A stretch of DNA of 64,000 nucleotides, from NCBI RefSeq assembly GCF_004010195.1, contig NC_057753.1, positions 3,255,514 through 3,319,513 of the forward strand, written 5' to 3'. Below are positions 23,009 to 35,002 of the stretch, piece after piece. Below the pieces are notes generated by a model. The model was not told the origin of the DNA and searched no databases. It saw only the letters and a list, made by a program, of their open reading frames with translations. Numbering within the stretch: position 1 is the first letter of the stretch; every line of letters starts with the position of its first letter. The translations under genes were made by a program, and so were the position numbers. The DNA is from Chiloscyllium plagiosum. Its lineage: Eukaryota.

Positions 23009-23911
23009 NNNNNNNNNNNNNNNNNNNNNNNNNNNNNNNNNNNNNNNNNNNNNNNNNNNNNNNNNNNNNNNNNNNNNNNNNNNNNNNNNNNNNNNNNNNN
23101 NNNNNNNNNNNNNNNNNNNNNNNNNNNNNNNNNNNNNNNNNNNNNNNNNNNNNNNNNNNNNNNNNNNNNNNNNNNNNNNNNNNNNNNNNNNNNNNNNNNN
23201 NNNNNNNNNNNNNNNNNNNNNNNNNNNNNNNNNNNNNNNNNNNNNNNNNNNNNNNNNNNNNNNNNNNNNNNNNNNNNNNNNNNNNNNNNNNNNNNNNNNN
23301 NNNNNNNNNNNNNNNNNNNNNNNNNNNNNNNNNNNNNNNNNNNNNNNNNNNNNNNNNNNNNNNNNNNNNNNNNNNNNNNNNNNNNNNNNNNNNNNNNNNN
23401 NNNNNNNNNNNNNNNNNNNNNNNNNNNNNNNNNNNNNNNNNNNNNNNNNNNNNNNNNNNNNNNNNNNNNNNNNNNNNNNNNNNNNNNNNNNNNNNNNNNN
23501 NNNNNNNNNNNNNNNNNNNNNNNNNNNNNNNNNNNNNNNNNNNNNNNNNNNNNNNNNNNNNNNNNNNNNNNNNNNNNNNNNNNNNNNNNNNNNNNNNNNN
23601 NNNNNNNNNNNNNNNNNNNNNNNNNNNNNNNNNNNNNNNNNNNNNNNNNNNNNNNNNNNNNNNNNNNNNNNNNNNNNNNNNNNNNNNNNNNNNNNNNNNN
23701 NNNNNNNNNNNNNNNNNNNNNNNNNNNNNNNNNNNNNNNNNNNNNNNNNNNNNNNNNNNNNNNNNNNNNNNNNNNNNNNNNNNNNNNNNNNNNNNNNNNN
23801 NNNNNNNNNNNNNNNNNNNNNNNNNNNNNNNNNNNNNNNNNNNNNNNNNNNNNNNNNNNNNNNNNNNNNNNNNNNNNNNNNNNNNNNNNNNNNNNNNNNN
23901 NNNNNNNNNNN

Positions 23912-24312
23912 AGTTAAGTAGCACAGATAAGTAAATAATAGGGAAACAGCAGCAAAAACAAAAACACAGGTACAGGTGAGTGTTAAAAGTTTGTGAGTCC
24001 ATTCAGTATTCTAACAACAGTGGGGTAGAAACTGTTACGAAACCGGCTGGTGCGTGTGGTCAGGCTTCTGTACCTTCTCCCCGATGGTAGAGGTTGTAGA
24101 AAAACATTGCCGGGGTGGGATGGATCTTTGAGAATGCTGGTGGCCTTTCCTTAACAGCGGGCCTGGTAGATGGATTCTATAGATGGGAGGTTGGCCTTTG
24201 TGATTGTCCAGGCCGAGTTCATCACTCTCTGTAACCGTCTCTGATCTTGAATGGTACATTTGCCATACCAGGTAGTGATACAGCTAGACAATGCTCTCAA
24301 TGGCGCACCTAT
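23912..24312 (-). mobile_element. Rex1/Babar-type LINE 3' fragment
   Basis: Minus strand reads HPGNVFLQPLPSGRRYRSLTTRTSRFRNSFYP. The same 3' UTR is on the plus strand at about 27460-27660, and a related piece is at about 38400-38510. Confidence 0.75.
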
Positions 24313-24319
24313 AAAAATT

Positions 24320-25320
24320 ATTGGAGATCAGACTCCTCAGCTGCAGGACATCTCCGCAGGAATTCCTCAGGGGAGTGTCCTCGGCCGGACCATTTTCAGC
24401 GGCTTCATCAATGACCTTCCCTCTATCATAAAGTCAGAAAGTAGGGATGTTCGCTAATGATTGGTGCTGAACATTGTGCATTCGCCTCTTCTCAGATACT
24501 GAAGCAGTCCGTGTTCAACTGCAACAACATCTGGACAATACCAGGCTTAGGCTGACAAGTGGCAAGTAACACTTGTACCATTGTCAGGCAATGACTGTCT
24601 CCAATAAGAGACATTTTATTCGCTACTCCTTAACATTCAAAGGTGTTACTGTCACGATCAACATCCTGGGGATACCTTTGACCAGAGAGTCACCTGGACT
24701 CACCATATAAGTAGTGGCTGCAAGAGCAGGTCAGAGGCTAGGAGTGCTACAGTAACTAACTCGCCTCCTGATTCTCCAAAGCCATTCCGCATCTACGAGG
24801 CCCAAGTCAGGAATGTGTCAGAATACGCCTCGCTTGCCTGGATGGGTGCAGCTCCAACAGCACTCGTGAAGTTGGCATCATCCAGGACAAAGTAGCCTGC
24901 TTGGCACCACACCCACAAGCATCCACTCCCGCCACCCTCAGTGCTGAGTCACAGCAATGCTTGCCATCTACAAAGTGCACTCCATCAAAGTTCCTCGGAA
25001 CAGCACCTCCAAACCCGTGATCCCTTCCGTCAAAAAGGACAAAGGCAGCAGCTACATGGGAGCACACCAACTACAGGTCCCCCTCCCCCCCCCCCCCACT
25101 CACCGTCCTGATGTGGATACTGATCGCAGTTCCTTCAGCATCACTGGGGCAAAATCCTGGAGTTCCCTCTCTCAGGACATTATGGGTCAACTTCCGACAC
25201 GTGAACTGCAGTGGTTCACAAAGGCAGCTCACCACCACCCCCCTTCTCATGGGCAAGGGGAGGGGGAGGGATCAGGCAATAAATTCTGGCCAGCCAGCGA
25301 TGCCTACATCCTGGGAGTTC
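24320..25320 (+). mobile_element. CR1-clade LINE (second family), RT to 3' end
   Basis: ISAGIPQGSVLGRTIFSGFINDLPSII motif. Confidence 0.8.
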
Positions 25321-25407
25321 AGAAAAGATTTCATGGGCTGTGACCATCGAGTGAAGAGGGTGTGAGTGAATAGTCATTCCAACACCAAGCAAAACTGACC
25401 CAGTAAA

Positions 25408-25772
25408 TAGAGTCATAGCGATGTACAGCAGGGAAACAGACCCTTCGGTCCAACCTGTCCATGCTGACCAGATATCCCAACCCAATCTAGTCCCACCTGC
25501 CAGCACCCGGCCCATATCCCTCCAAACCCTTCTTATTCATATACCCATCCAAATGCCTCTTTAAATGTAATTGTACCAGCCTCCACCACTTCCTCTGGCA
25601 GCTCATTCCATACCCATGCCATCCTCTGTGTGAAGAATTTGGCCCTTAGGTCTCTTTTATCTCTTTCCCCTCTCACCCTAAACCTATGCCCCTCTAGTTC
25701 AGGGCTCCCCGGTCCCAGGGTGAAGACTTTGCCTATTTACCCTATCCAGGCCCCTCATAATTTTGTAAACCC
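25408..25772 (-). mobile_element. CR1 (HER1-like) 3' fragment
   Basis: Reverse complement of the 1-420 type. Similar copies at 16250-16575, 27867-28200, 38627-38998 and 56676-57152. Confidence 0.85.
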
Positions 25773-26302
25773 TTTGAACCGATCATCAACTCCTTTTGTG
25801 ATTAATTTTGACCGCTGCCATTCCTCCAACATGTCAATCATTCCACTGGGCTCCGGATGATTGGAGGGGCTGCGGAAATTTAGTTCCACCACAAGATGAC
25901 AGTGCTATTGTGTTTCATCTGTCTTAAGCTGACCATTATGCGCCCTTATTTCACGGGGCTTGGACTATCACAGCAAGGAAGTTGCATTCCAACTGCACAA
26001 GGTACTGGTGAGACTATACCTGGAGTACCGAGAGAGGTTTTGATGGCCTTGTTTAGGAAGATATTTTATTTCGTTGGAGAAAGTTCAGAGACGGTTCACC
26101 AGGATGGTCCCTGGTCTGCAAGAATTGTCTAATGAGCAACGGTTCAACAGGTTGGGACTCCACTCAATGGTGTTTGGAAAAATGCGAGATGATTTCGTAG
26201 AAGCATATAGGATTCTTAAGGGGCTTGACAGGGTATATGCTAAGGGGATGTTTACCCTCTGGGGAGAGTCATCACCAGGGGGCATAGACACAGAATTAAC
26301 TC

Positions 26303-27002
26303 TGAGGAAAATCACCAGCCTCAGAGTCGGGGTTCAACGACAGAGTTTATTGTACAAGGAAATACCGGAGCTCTGGGGAGAGAGAGACACACCAACAGCA
26401 CAGTGGTCCGCTGCGAGTCTTCTCTCAACCCAGAGCACATGTCAAGACACTTTTATACATTTTGTAATAAAAGGTCAGTGATGAGGTTATTGTCTTTGCA
26501 ACATGGTTTGTTTATGGTAAACATTGCAGAATCGTTAATCATTTCGGTGCAGTCATTGTCAGTTCCAGCGCAGTCTTTGTTAATTTCAGCGCGGTCGTTG
26601 TCAGTTTCAGCGCGGTCGTTGTCAGTTTCAGTGTCTGCATGGAAGTCCATTGCTGTCGTAATCGCTCTTCCTCTGAAGGAGGGTTACTGCAGCCCTGGCT
26701 GTTATCACTCTGTATTGAGTCTGTATCAAGCTGTTAGCATTTCTATCAAAGGTGTTGGCTGGACCCTGACACTTCGGCTACTCATGAGTATTCCCTCCCT
26801 CATCCACCTTAAACTAATCAACTAGGTTGTGAGTGCATTGTGCTGGCCCCAGGCAGTGTCTGTATTTGCTCTGCTGTCTCTCTCTCTCCATATTGTGGTC
26901 CGGTGGCCATCTTGTGTGTCAAGTGGCCAACTGATGGCTCAACGGCCATCTTGTGTGTCTGTGTGCCGAGCGTCACCCTGCCCCGTGCCATCTGTCACTT
27001 CA
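26303..27002 (-). mobile_element. Solo LTR-like insertion (700 bp) splitting a CR1 fragment
   Basis: TGA...TCA ends. Minus-strand TATAAAA at about 26451-26457 lies ~100 bp before AATAAA at about 26346-26351. Internal 21-bp tandem repeat. CR1 sequence resumes on both sides. No clear target-site duplication. Confidence 0.6.
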
Positions 27003-28199
27003 AAGGGGCACCGATTTAAGACTGAGATGAAGAGGAGTTCCTTATCTCAGAGGGTTATGTGTCTTTGAAATTCCTTGCTGTGGTAGATGCTTGATCAGCA
27101 GAGGAATGGAGGATTATGAGTAAAAGGGGGGCAGGAAGGTGGTCGTGAGGAGTGGGATCCTCTTGAAGGGCGGAGCGGTCTCGAGGGGCCAAATGTCCCA
27201 CCCCTCTTCCTCTTTTGTGGTCATGTGATGTCCTCAGCAAGTGAATTTCACTCTCCAGACACACTGTGAGCTGAACGAACCGGTGAACTCTTTCTGATTA
27301 GTATGCTGGGCATTGGATCTTCCCACAGGCGTGTGGACTGTCTGAAGAAGTAACTGACCGGAAAACCCTTTCCCTTCTCTTCCCGCAGCAGAGTTTGATT
27401 GTTCCGATTCTGCTGGCAGGGTCGTGGAGCTCATTGGATCAATGTTTCTAGGGTAGATGTTTCTACCCAGTTTCTCCCCTACTGTTAGAATGCTGAATGG
27501 ACTCTCAAACTCTTAACACTCACCTGTACCTGTGTTTTTGTTTTTGCTGCTGTTTCCCTATTATTTACTTATCTATGCTACTTTCCTCTGTGATCTGCCT
27601 GTGTTGCTCACAAGACAAAGCTTTTCACTGTGCCTCGGTACACGTGACAAGAAATCCAATGTGCTGGATTGGTTGATTTCCAGCTGTGCTGTATAATTTC
27701 TTCAAAATGTTCTCTTTCAGTGATAGAGAAGGGAAACAGCAAAGGTGGAATCAGTAGCTTCGGGGAGGAAAGTGTAAGGAGACAGTGGGAAAAGCTTTAC
27801 AGTTCTTGGGAGTCGCACAGGAGAACAGTGGTTCAAATCATTTTCAAAATTGGTACACGGCACAGTAGAATCATAGAGATGTACAGCGCGGAAACAGACC
27901 CTTCGGTCCAACCCGTCCATGCCGACCAGGTATCCCAATCTAGTCCCACTTTCCAGCACCCGGCCCATATCTCTCCAAATCCTTCCTATTCATATACCCA
28001 TCCAAATGCCTCTTAAATGTTGCAATTGTACCAGCCTCCACCACTTCCTCTGGCAGCTCATTCCATACAGGTACCACCCTCTGTGTGAAAAAGTTGCTCC
28101 GTAGGTCTCTTTTAAACTGTTCCCTCTCACCCTAAACCTATGCCCTCTAGTTCTGCACTCCCCCACCCAAGGAAAAGACTTTGTCTGTTTACCTTATCC

Positions 28200-28405
28200 A
28201 TGGTGGCACAATGGTTGGCACTGCTGCCTCACAGCACCACGGTCCCAGGTTCGATTCCAGCTTCGGGGGCGACTGTCTGGGTGGAGTTTGCACATTCTCC
28301 TCATGTCTGCATGGGTTTCCTCCAGGTGCTCCGGTTTCCTCCCATAGTCCAAAGATGTGCAGGTTAGGGAGAATTGGCCATGCTAAATTGCCCGATAGTG
28401 TTAAG
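28200..28405 (+). mobile_element. HE1-type SINE, 5' part, running into a gap
   Basis: Head and V domain. Confidence 0.85.
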
Positions 28406-28990
28406 NNNNNNNNNNNNNNNNNTAAGGGTTTAACTTTTTTTTTAAACTTATGCCAGTTTAAAAAGTTTTTTTTTTTCTGTTGGGATGATTTGAAAGCAGT
28501 GGTAAGCAAGTGGCATTTATAGGGAGAACTGATAACACTCTCTCCAGTCTTGCCAATGTTTCACTGAGTGGATGCTTTGCTCATCCAGCACTCTATATCA
28601 GACACGTCAGGATGGTGTTCACTTTTATCTGTTGCCCTGCATCTTGTACGTGGTGGAGTTTGAGGATTTGCTAATTGTTTCAAGGTTTAGGTTGAGTTCC
28701 AGATGTTTAGGTCCCTCTGCGTCACCCACATCTCTCTCGCTTTCCTTCCACGGTCATCAGAATCTTGTGTGGGCCCAAACTGGATGGCAGGTTCCCTTCT
28801 TTGAAGGACAACGGGAAGAAGTTGGGGTTTTTTTTTTGCCAGTCTGGCAGCTTCCGTGGTCACTTTATCCTGATGGGGACCCCACCAATGACCAGATTTT
28901 TTCAGCTCAATTTCACAACTTGACGTTTGCGTTTTTCTGTGGCTCCTCTCTCACTCCCCTTTTCTCATGTTTTAAATTTCAACTTCACAG

Positions 28991-29464
28991 GCTATCAGAA
29001 GTGGAGGCTTTACAAAGAGGAAACCGAAACCAGTCATTGGAGAGTTGCTCGATTTCTTATAAGCCGAGTATCATGGAGTGAAGGAACACCGTTTACAGTG
29101 TGGAGGAACGATACATGGTTTTCTGTCAACGGTGAGGTTTCAGCCAGTTATCTGACCTGCTGTCACACTGGAGAGAAATCATGGAAGTGTGCAGATTGTG
29201 AGGAGTAGTTCCGATCCCTAGTGGACCTGGAAATACATTGACACGTTCAGAGTGGGGAGAGGCTGTCCACTTGCATTTGTGTGGAAAGGGATTCACTCAG
29301 TTCTCCCAACTGCTGGCTTAACAGCGAGTTCACACTGAGGAGCGATCATGGTTAAATTCAGCGCGAGTTAACACTGGGAGAGGCTGTATGTCTAACCGGA
29401 GGGTGGCAAGGGATTCACTATGTTATTGTCTCACCTGTTGAGGCATCAGCGAGTTCCCAAGTGA
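28991..29464 (+). pseudogene. C2H2 zinc-finger pseudogene (C)
   Basis: Family acceptor ttcacag|gctatc. Translates in pieces as GEKSWKCADCEE*FRSLVDLEIH*HVQSGER, CGKGFTQFSQLLA*QRVHTEE and GKGFT...HLLRHQRVPK*, with stops and frameshifts. AATAAA follows at about 29548. Confidence 0.85.
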
Positions 29465-29707
29465 CTCCAGCACGCATCTATGTTCATTTTGTTTTTTTTT
29501 ACTGATGTGAAAGAAATTCCAGTCCACTTTTAGGTGCTATTATTTTGAATAAAAGTCAAATAGATCAATTTGGTGTTAAAGGAAGTGTGAAATCATATAT
29601 TGAGTTTATCAAAAGTTAGTTCCTTTTGAAGTGCTCTTCCTCGCTGCTTCCTCTGTCATCACCTCAGAGAACACGTGTGAGGTGCCCATAGACGTTCTGC
29701 CTGTCGG

Positions 29708-31607
29708 CAGGGATGGCCGTGGCTGACGAGGGACGTTAAGAAACATATAAAGTTAAAAGAGAAAAAGTATAACATAGCAAAGATAAGTGGGAAAATGGAG
29801 GACTGGGAAGCTTTTAAAGAACAACAGAGGATTACTAAGAAGGAAATACACAGAGAAAAAATGAGGTACGAAGGTAAACTGGCCAAAAATATAAAGGAGA
29901 ATAGTAAAAGCTTTTTTAGGTATGTGAAAGGCAAAAAAATGGTTAAGACTAAAACTGAAGGAGGTGGCTCGAGAAATCGTGGATGCGTTGGTGATTATTT
30001 TCCAGAGTTCGATAGATTCGGGATCGGTTCCTGCGGATTGGAGGGTGGCTAATGTTGTACCACTTTTTAAGAAAGGTGGGAGAGAGAAAGCAGGAAATTA
30101 TAGACCAGTTCGTCTGACCTCAGTGGTGGGAAAGATGCTGGAGTCAATTAGAAAGGATGAAATTATGACACATCTGGATAGCAGTAACAGGATAGGTTAG
30201 AGTCAGCATGCATTTATGAAGGGGAAATCATGCTTGACTAATCTTCTGGAATTTTTTGAGGATGTAACTCTAAAGATGGACAAGGGACATCCAGTGGATG
30301 TAGTGTACCTGGACTTTCAGAAAACCTTTGATAAAGTCCCACATAGGAGGTTAGTGAGCAAATCTAGGGCACATGGTTTTGGGGGCAAAGTACTAACTTG
30401 GTTGAAAGTTGGTTGGCTGATAGGAAACGAAGAATAGTGATAAACGGCTCTCTTTCAGAATGGCAGGCAGTGACCAGTGGGTACCGCAGGGATCAGTGCT
30501 GGGACCGCAGCTTTTTACAATATATATTAATGATATAGAAGATGGTATTAATAGTAACATCAGCAAATTTGTTAGGAGATTACAGGGTGACCTGGACAGG
30601 TTAGGTGAGTGGACAGATGCATGGCAGATTCAGGTATCCACTTTGGTGGCAAGAAAAGGAAGGCAGATTACTACCTAAATTGAGTCAAGTTAGGTAAACT
30701 AACTTCACCCCGAGAGTGGTGGGTGTGTGGAATGCTCTGCCCTAGAAGGCAGTGAAGGCCCAGTCTCTGGATTCGTTGAAGAAAGAGTTGGATAGAGCTC
30801 TCAAGGATAGTGGAATCAAGGGTTATGGAGATAAGGCAGGAACAGGATACTGATTGAGGATGATCAGCCATGATAGTAATGAATGGTGGTGCAGGCTCGA
30901 AGTTTACCTAAACTTCACTCAATTTAGGTAAAGGGCAGTACAAAGAGATCTGGGTATTCTTGTACACCAGTCAATGAAGGCAAGCATGCAGGTACAGCAG
31001 GTAGTGAAGAAAGCTAATAGCATGCTGGCCTTCATAACAAGAGGGATTGAATATAGAATATTATGTGCAGTTCTGGTCTCCAAATTTGAGGAAAGACATT
31101 CTGGCTATTGAGGGAGTGCAGCGTAGGTTCACGAGGTCAATTCCTGGAATGGCGGGACTATCTTATGTTGAAAGTTTGGAGCGACTGGGCTTGTACACCC
31201 TTGAGTTTAGAAGACTAAGAGGGGATCTGATTGAGACGTATAAAATTATTAAAGGATTGGACACTCTGGAGGCAGGAAACATGTTTCCGCTGATGGGTGA
31301 GTCCCGAACCAGAGGACACAGCTTAAAAATAAGGGGTAGGCCATTTAGGACAGAGATGAGGAGAAACTTCTTCACCCAGAGAGTGGTGGGTGTGTGGAAT
31401 GCTCTGCCCTAGAAGGCAGTGAAGGCCCAGTCTCTGGATTCGTTGAAGAAAGAGTTGGATAGAGCTCTCAAGGATAGTGGAATCAAGGGTTATGGAGATA
31501 AGGCAGAAACAGGATACTGATTGAGGATGATCAGCCATGATAGTAATGAATGGTGGTGCAGGCTCGAAGGGCAGAATGGCCTACTCCTGCATCTATTGTC
31601 CATTGTC
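29708..31607 (+). mobile_element. CR1 ORF2 3' half with deletions and an internal self-duplication
   Basis: [50 protein letters not shown] and LGLYTLEFRRLRGDLIE. Confidence 0.92.
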
Positions 31608-31744
31608 ACTAATACGGAGGCAATCTGATCAATTGCCTCTGCTGCTTCCCTCCCTTCCTGTTAGACTTGTTCCACAACAAAGTTGCGTTCATCTGTCACC
31701 CCCCCCCAGTGCTTGCACATTACTCGTACCATCCACTGGCATTA

Positions 31745-32430
31745 TTTCAAAGTGGGGACTCCTACTGGAACCAGACTGTATTAAATTTAAGAGGGATGTA
31801 AGTCTGTATGAATACGTGATAGGAGTGCGAGGAGGTTCTGAACATAAATCAGAAATTTGACTTGCAATGTTTGAATGTTGCAAAGGCTTATGGGAGTAGA
31901 AACCAGAACTGGATTATTTGAAATCTTTTTGAGGCTAAACTGAAAGACCCGGTAAATGAGAGTAAAAGCAAGATTTTGTAAAAGTTATATGCTGTATGCA
32001 ATTACTCTGCATATCGAATTGAAATGAGGGAATCCTGAACTTAATGTACTAGTGCTAGAATTATCTAAAATTCAGCTAAAAATGAAAAAAAAGATAAAAA
32101 GAAATGGACAAGGATCAGGAAAGGAACAAAGAATTGGAAATACAGCTGGAAATTGAGAGAGAATAATAAAAACTGGGAAATTGAATTTTAAAAACACAAA
32201 CTCCAAAGAGCTAAGAAATTAGACAACATGACTTTGTCAGAGTAAAACTCAAAAGTAAAGAATGAAAGAAAAGGCAGAGGGTCAGTCTAATTCCGAAGAC
32301 AGATTTGATTGAACTAGAAATTTACGCTTAGTACCAAAATTAAGAGTTCAAAGATATTTAATTTTTAAAAAGTAGCAGGGTTGACAAATTGGTTAAAAAA
32401 TGAATAACTTCATGCTTCATCTGTCATGAA
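31745..32430 (+). mobile_element. Decayed Ty3/Gypsy (Gmr1-like) gag 5' region
   Basis: Frameshifted pieces LVLELSKIQLKMKK, EMDKDQERNKELEIQLEIERE, EDRFD*TRNLRLVPKLRVQRYLIF and KVAGLTNWLKNE*. Degenerate PBS-like tggggactcctactgga at about 31753. Confidence 0.55.
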
Positions 32431-32647
32431 TTTGTCTTAACGTAACTTGTTTAAACTGCACCAAAGACATATTATGTCCTCCTTGTCACTAGTTTTGAGT
32501 CATTCACTAATTTGAAAATATTACATTGGTTTCCTTCACCCAAACTGTTGGCATATTGTGAACAGCTGGGGCCCAAGCAGCATTGCGGTACTTGAAACTG
32601 CCTTCCATTCTGAAGAAGATCCATTTATTCCTATTTAAAAAAAACAC

Positions 32648-33220
32648 CCGAAAGAACTGCGAGTGCTGTAAATCAGAAACATAAACAGAAATGTCTGGAA
32701 AAGCTCAGCAGGTCTGGCAGCATCTATGGAGAGAAATGAGACTTAACGTTTCAGGTCGGGAGACCCTTCCTCAGAACTCCAGTTCTCAATGAACAAGTTG
32801 AATGTAGGTAAAGGGCCAGCGGGAGCGGTCCAGGTGGAGGGAGAGTGTTGGAGGTGGACGAAGGGGTCCATGGGATGGGGGAGGATTCTTGTCCAAAGAA
32901 ATAGGCACGGAGGCGAAGGCAACAGAAGAAGCGTTCAACATAATGTCATGCCTGAAATTCATTAAGGTGGGGACATGGAGGGATAAAACCTTTGCTTAGT
33001 ATAGAATGTTCACCGTCAGAGAGTGGGAGGTCAGGAGGGATGGTGAATAATACAGGAGATGGAGTTGGGGAGGGGGTGGAGTCAAAAGCAAGGGGAGGGT
33101 AGGAATGATCTGGAAGGCCGTGGATATCTCTTAGTTGTTGTATCCCGTGTGCCTTGAGGCTTGAAAGCTCTGAGGAAGGGTCACTCGACCTGAAACGCTA
33201 ACTCTTGATTTGTCTCCACA
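32648..33220. mobile_element. Penelope-like fragment, family 3, with inverted termini
   Basis: Minus-strand terminus at 32648-32790 and plus-strand ctgaggaagggtcactcgacctgaaacg at about 33170. Confidence 0.6.
32741..32778 (-). ncRNA. Minimal hammerhead ribozyme motif, Penelope family 3
   Basis: Reverse complement reads agtt-CTGAGGA-a-gggtc-tccc-gacct-GAAA-cg-TT-aagt. Confidence 0.5.
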
Positions 33221-33222
33221 AG

Positions 33223-33890
33223 TGGTGGCACTGTGGCTCAGTGGTTAGCACTGCTGCCTCACAGCGCCAGGGATCCAGGTTCGATTCCAGCCTCGGGGCG
33301 ACTGTCTGTGTGGAGTTTGCACATTCTCCCCCATGTCTGTGTGGGTTTCCTCTGGGTGCTCTGGTTTCCTCTCACAGTCCAATTTGGATGTGCCGGTGTT
33401 GGACTGGGGTGTGCAAAGTTAGAAATCACTCAACTCAGGTTCGATTCCAGCCTCGGGTGACTGCGTGGAGTTTGCACATTCCACACTGTAAGTAATCTGA
33501 TCTAATCTAATCTAATTCTCCCCGTGGCTGCGCGGGTTTCCTCCGGGTGCTCCGGTTTCCTCCCACAGTCCAAAGATGTGCAGGTCAGGGTGAATGCTAA
33601 ATTGCCCGTAGTGTTAGGTGCATTAGTCACGAGGGAAATGGGTCTGGGTGGGTTACGCTTCGGAGGTTCAACACCGGGTTATAGTCCAGCAGTGTATTTG
33701 GAAGCACTAGCTATCATAGCGCTGCTCCTTCATTAGGTAGTTGCCTGATGAAGGAGCAGCGCCCCGAAAGCTAGTGCTTCCAAATAAACCTGTTGGACGA
33801 GAACCTGGTGTGTAATTTTTAACTTTGTACCAGGCTTTGATTTTGCACACCAACAGTATAAGATTCTGGATCAGAGTGGTGCTGGAAAAG
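33223..33890 (+). mobile_element. Scrambled HE1 SINE and Penelope family-2 nest
   Basis: SINE pieces at 33223-33380 and 33435-33670 are interleaved with Penelope terminus pieces at 33385-33435 and 33670-33830. Confidence 0.7.
33742..33776 (+). ncRNA. Minimal hammerhead ribozyme motif, Penelope family 2
   Basis: tgc-CTGATGA-a-ggagc-agc-gcccc-GAAA-gc-TA-gtg, with an AGCT palindrome. A degenerate inverted partner lies at about 33705-33738. Confidence 0.55.
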
Positions 33891-33914
33891 CCCTTCTGGA
33901 CAGACTGGGCGCAG

Positions 33915-34345
33915 GGGTTGACATGATGTTTGCTTTGAAATTTGTGACTGTAAACCTTCCCCTTCCGATATCCTGCAAAAGAAGGGGAGAAGGACCAGAC
34001 AGAAATTGCACTGCACGGCTTGGAGGAAAATCGAGACGTTGCAAGAAAGCACCAAGGGCACAGTCTCTCAGCTGCAGTGCAGCCCAGGAGGGAGCAGGTG
34101 CCCCGGCGCAGGCGCAGTTTAGCAGCAGCGGCCGACGTCATGGGGCGGGGCGGCTCCCCGAGCCGGTTGCCCTGGAAACCGTTGTCTCGGCGAAGCGAGG
34201 TGGGGGAAAAAACAATGGCTAGGGGCGGGGCTCCTGCCTGCAAGCTGGAACCCCAGGACGTCACCGCCGGGCTCTGCGACTCCGACTTGGCTGCTTCAGG
34301 CAAGCCCCGCCCGCCATTGTTGGACGTCACAATGCGGACGGACAA
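33915..34345 (-). pseudogene. Orphan ZNF gene head (promoter, exon-1-like segment and acceptor) with no coding exon
   Basis: 34090-34335 aligns by eye with the E/F promoter at 49540-49812. The family acceptor ttttgcag|gatatcggaagggg is at 33974-33973, and the sequence is then cut off by Penelope termini. Confidence 0.7.
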
Positions 34346-34544
34346 GTCGGGTTCAAAGTGAAACTCCGGGGATAAAGATCCTGGCTGACCCTTGCTGGAG
34401 GACTAGGGATGGTGTCAATCTGAAGTAGACTGCTCCTTGGTAACTGCAGTCTATACTGTGGAGGGCCACCCAGTCAGTAATATACCCCCCTCTGTATCCC
34501 TATACCTTATTTCTTCCATGTGCCTGTGCAATATAATGTTCTCA

Positions 34545-34850
34545 GGTAAAAACAATGACTGCAGATGCTGGAAATCAGAGTTCAGGTCAGAGTGGTGCTG
34601 GAAAAGCACAGCAGGTCAGGCAGCATACCAGGAGCAGGAAAATCGACGTTTTGGGCAAAAGCACTTCATCAGGAATAAAGGCAGAGAGCCTGCAGAGAGG
34701 AGAGATAAATGCGAGGGGGGTGGGGCTGGGGAGAGGGTAGCATAAAGTACAGTAGGTGGATGGGGATGGAGGTGATAGGTCAGAGGGGAGGGTGGGGGAG
34801 GATAGCAAAGAGTACAATGGGGTGGGGATGGAGGTGATAGGTCAGAGGTC
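34545..34850 (-). mobile_element. Penelope-like 3' fragment, family 1
   Basis: Terminus with a degenerate hammerhead and the G-rich segment also seen at 16577. Confidence 0.75.
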
Positions 34851-35002
34851 AATAAAAATCATACTGTTACCAATATGATTTCAGCTTTGACATATTGAAA
34901 ATTTTCCAGAAATGTTTTAGGATTAGCCACTTCCACCCTCGTTAACAAGTCTCTTCCATCAGATGTAGTCTAACTAATAACAAGTTGTCACAGAGTCATA
35001 CA

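Noticed and set aside
26453..26650. Repetitive peptide ORF (TDNDRAE)n
   Set aside because: Translation of the 21-bp tandem repeat inside the LTR-like insert.
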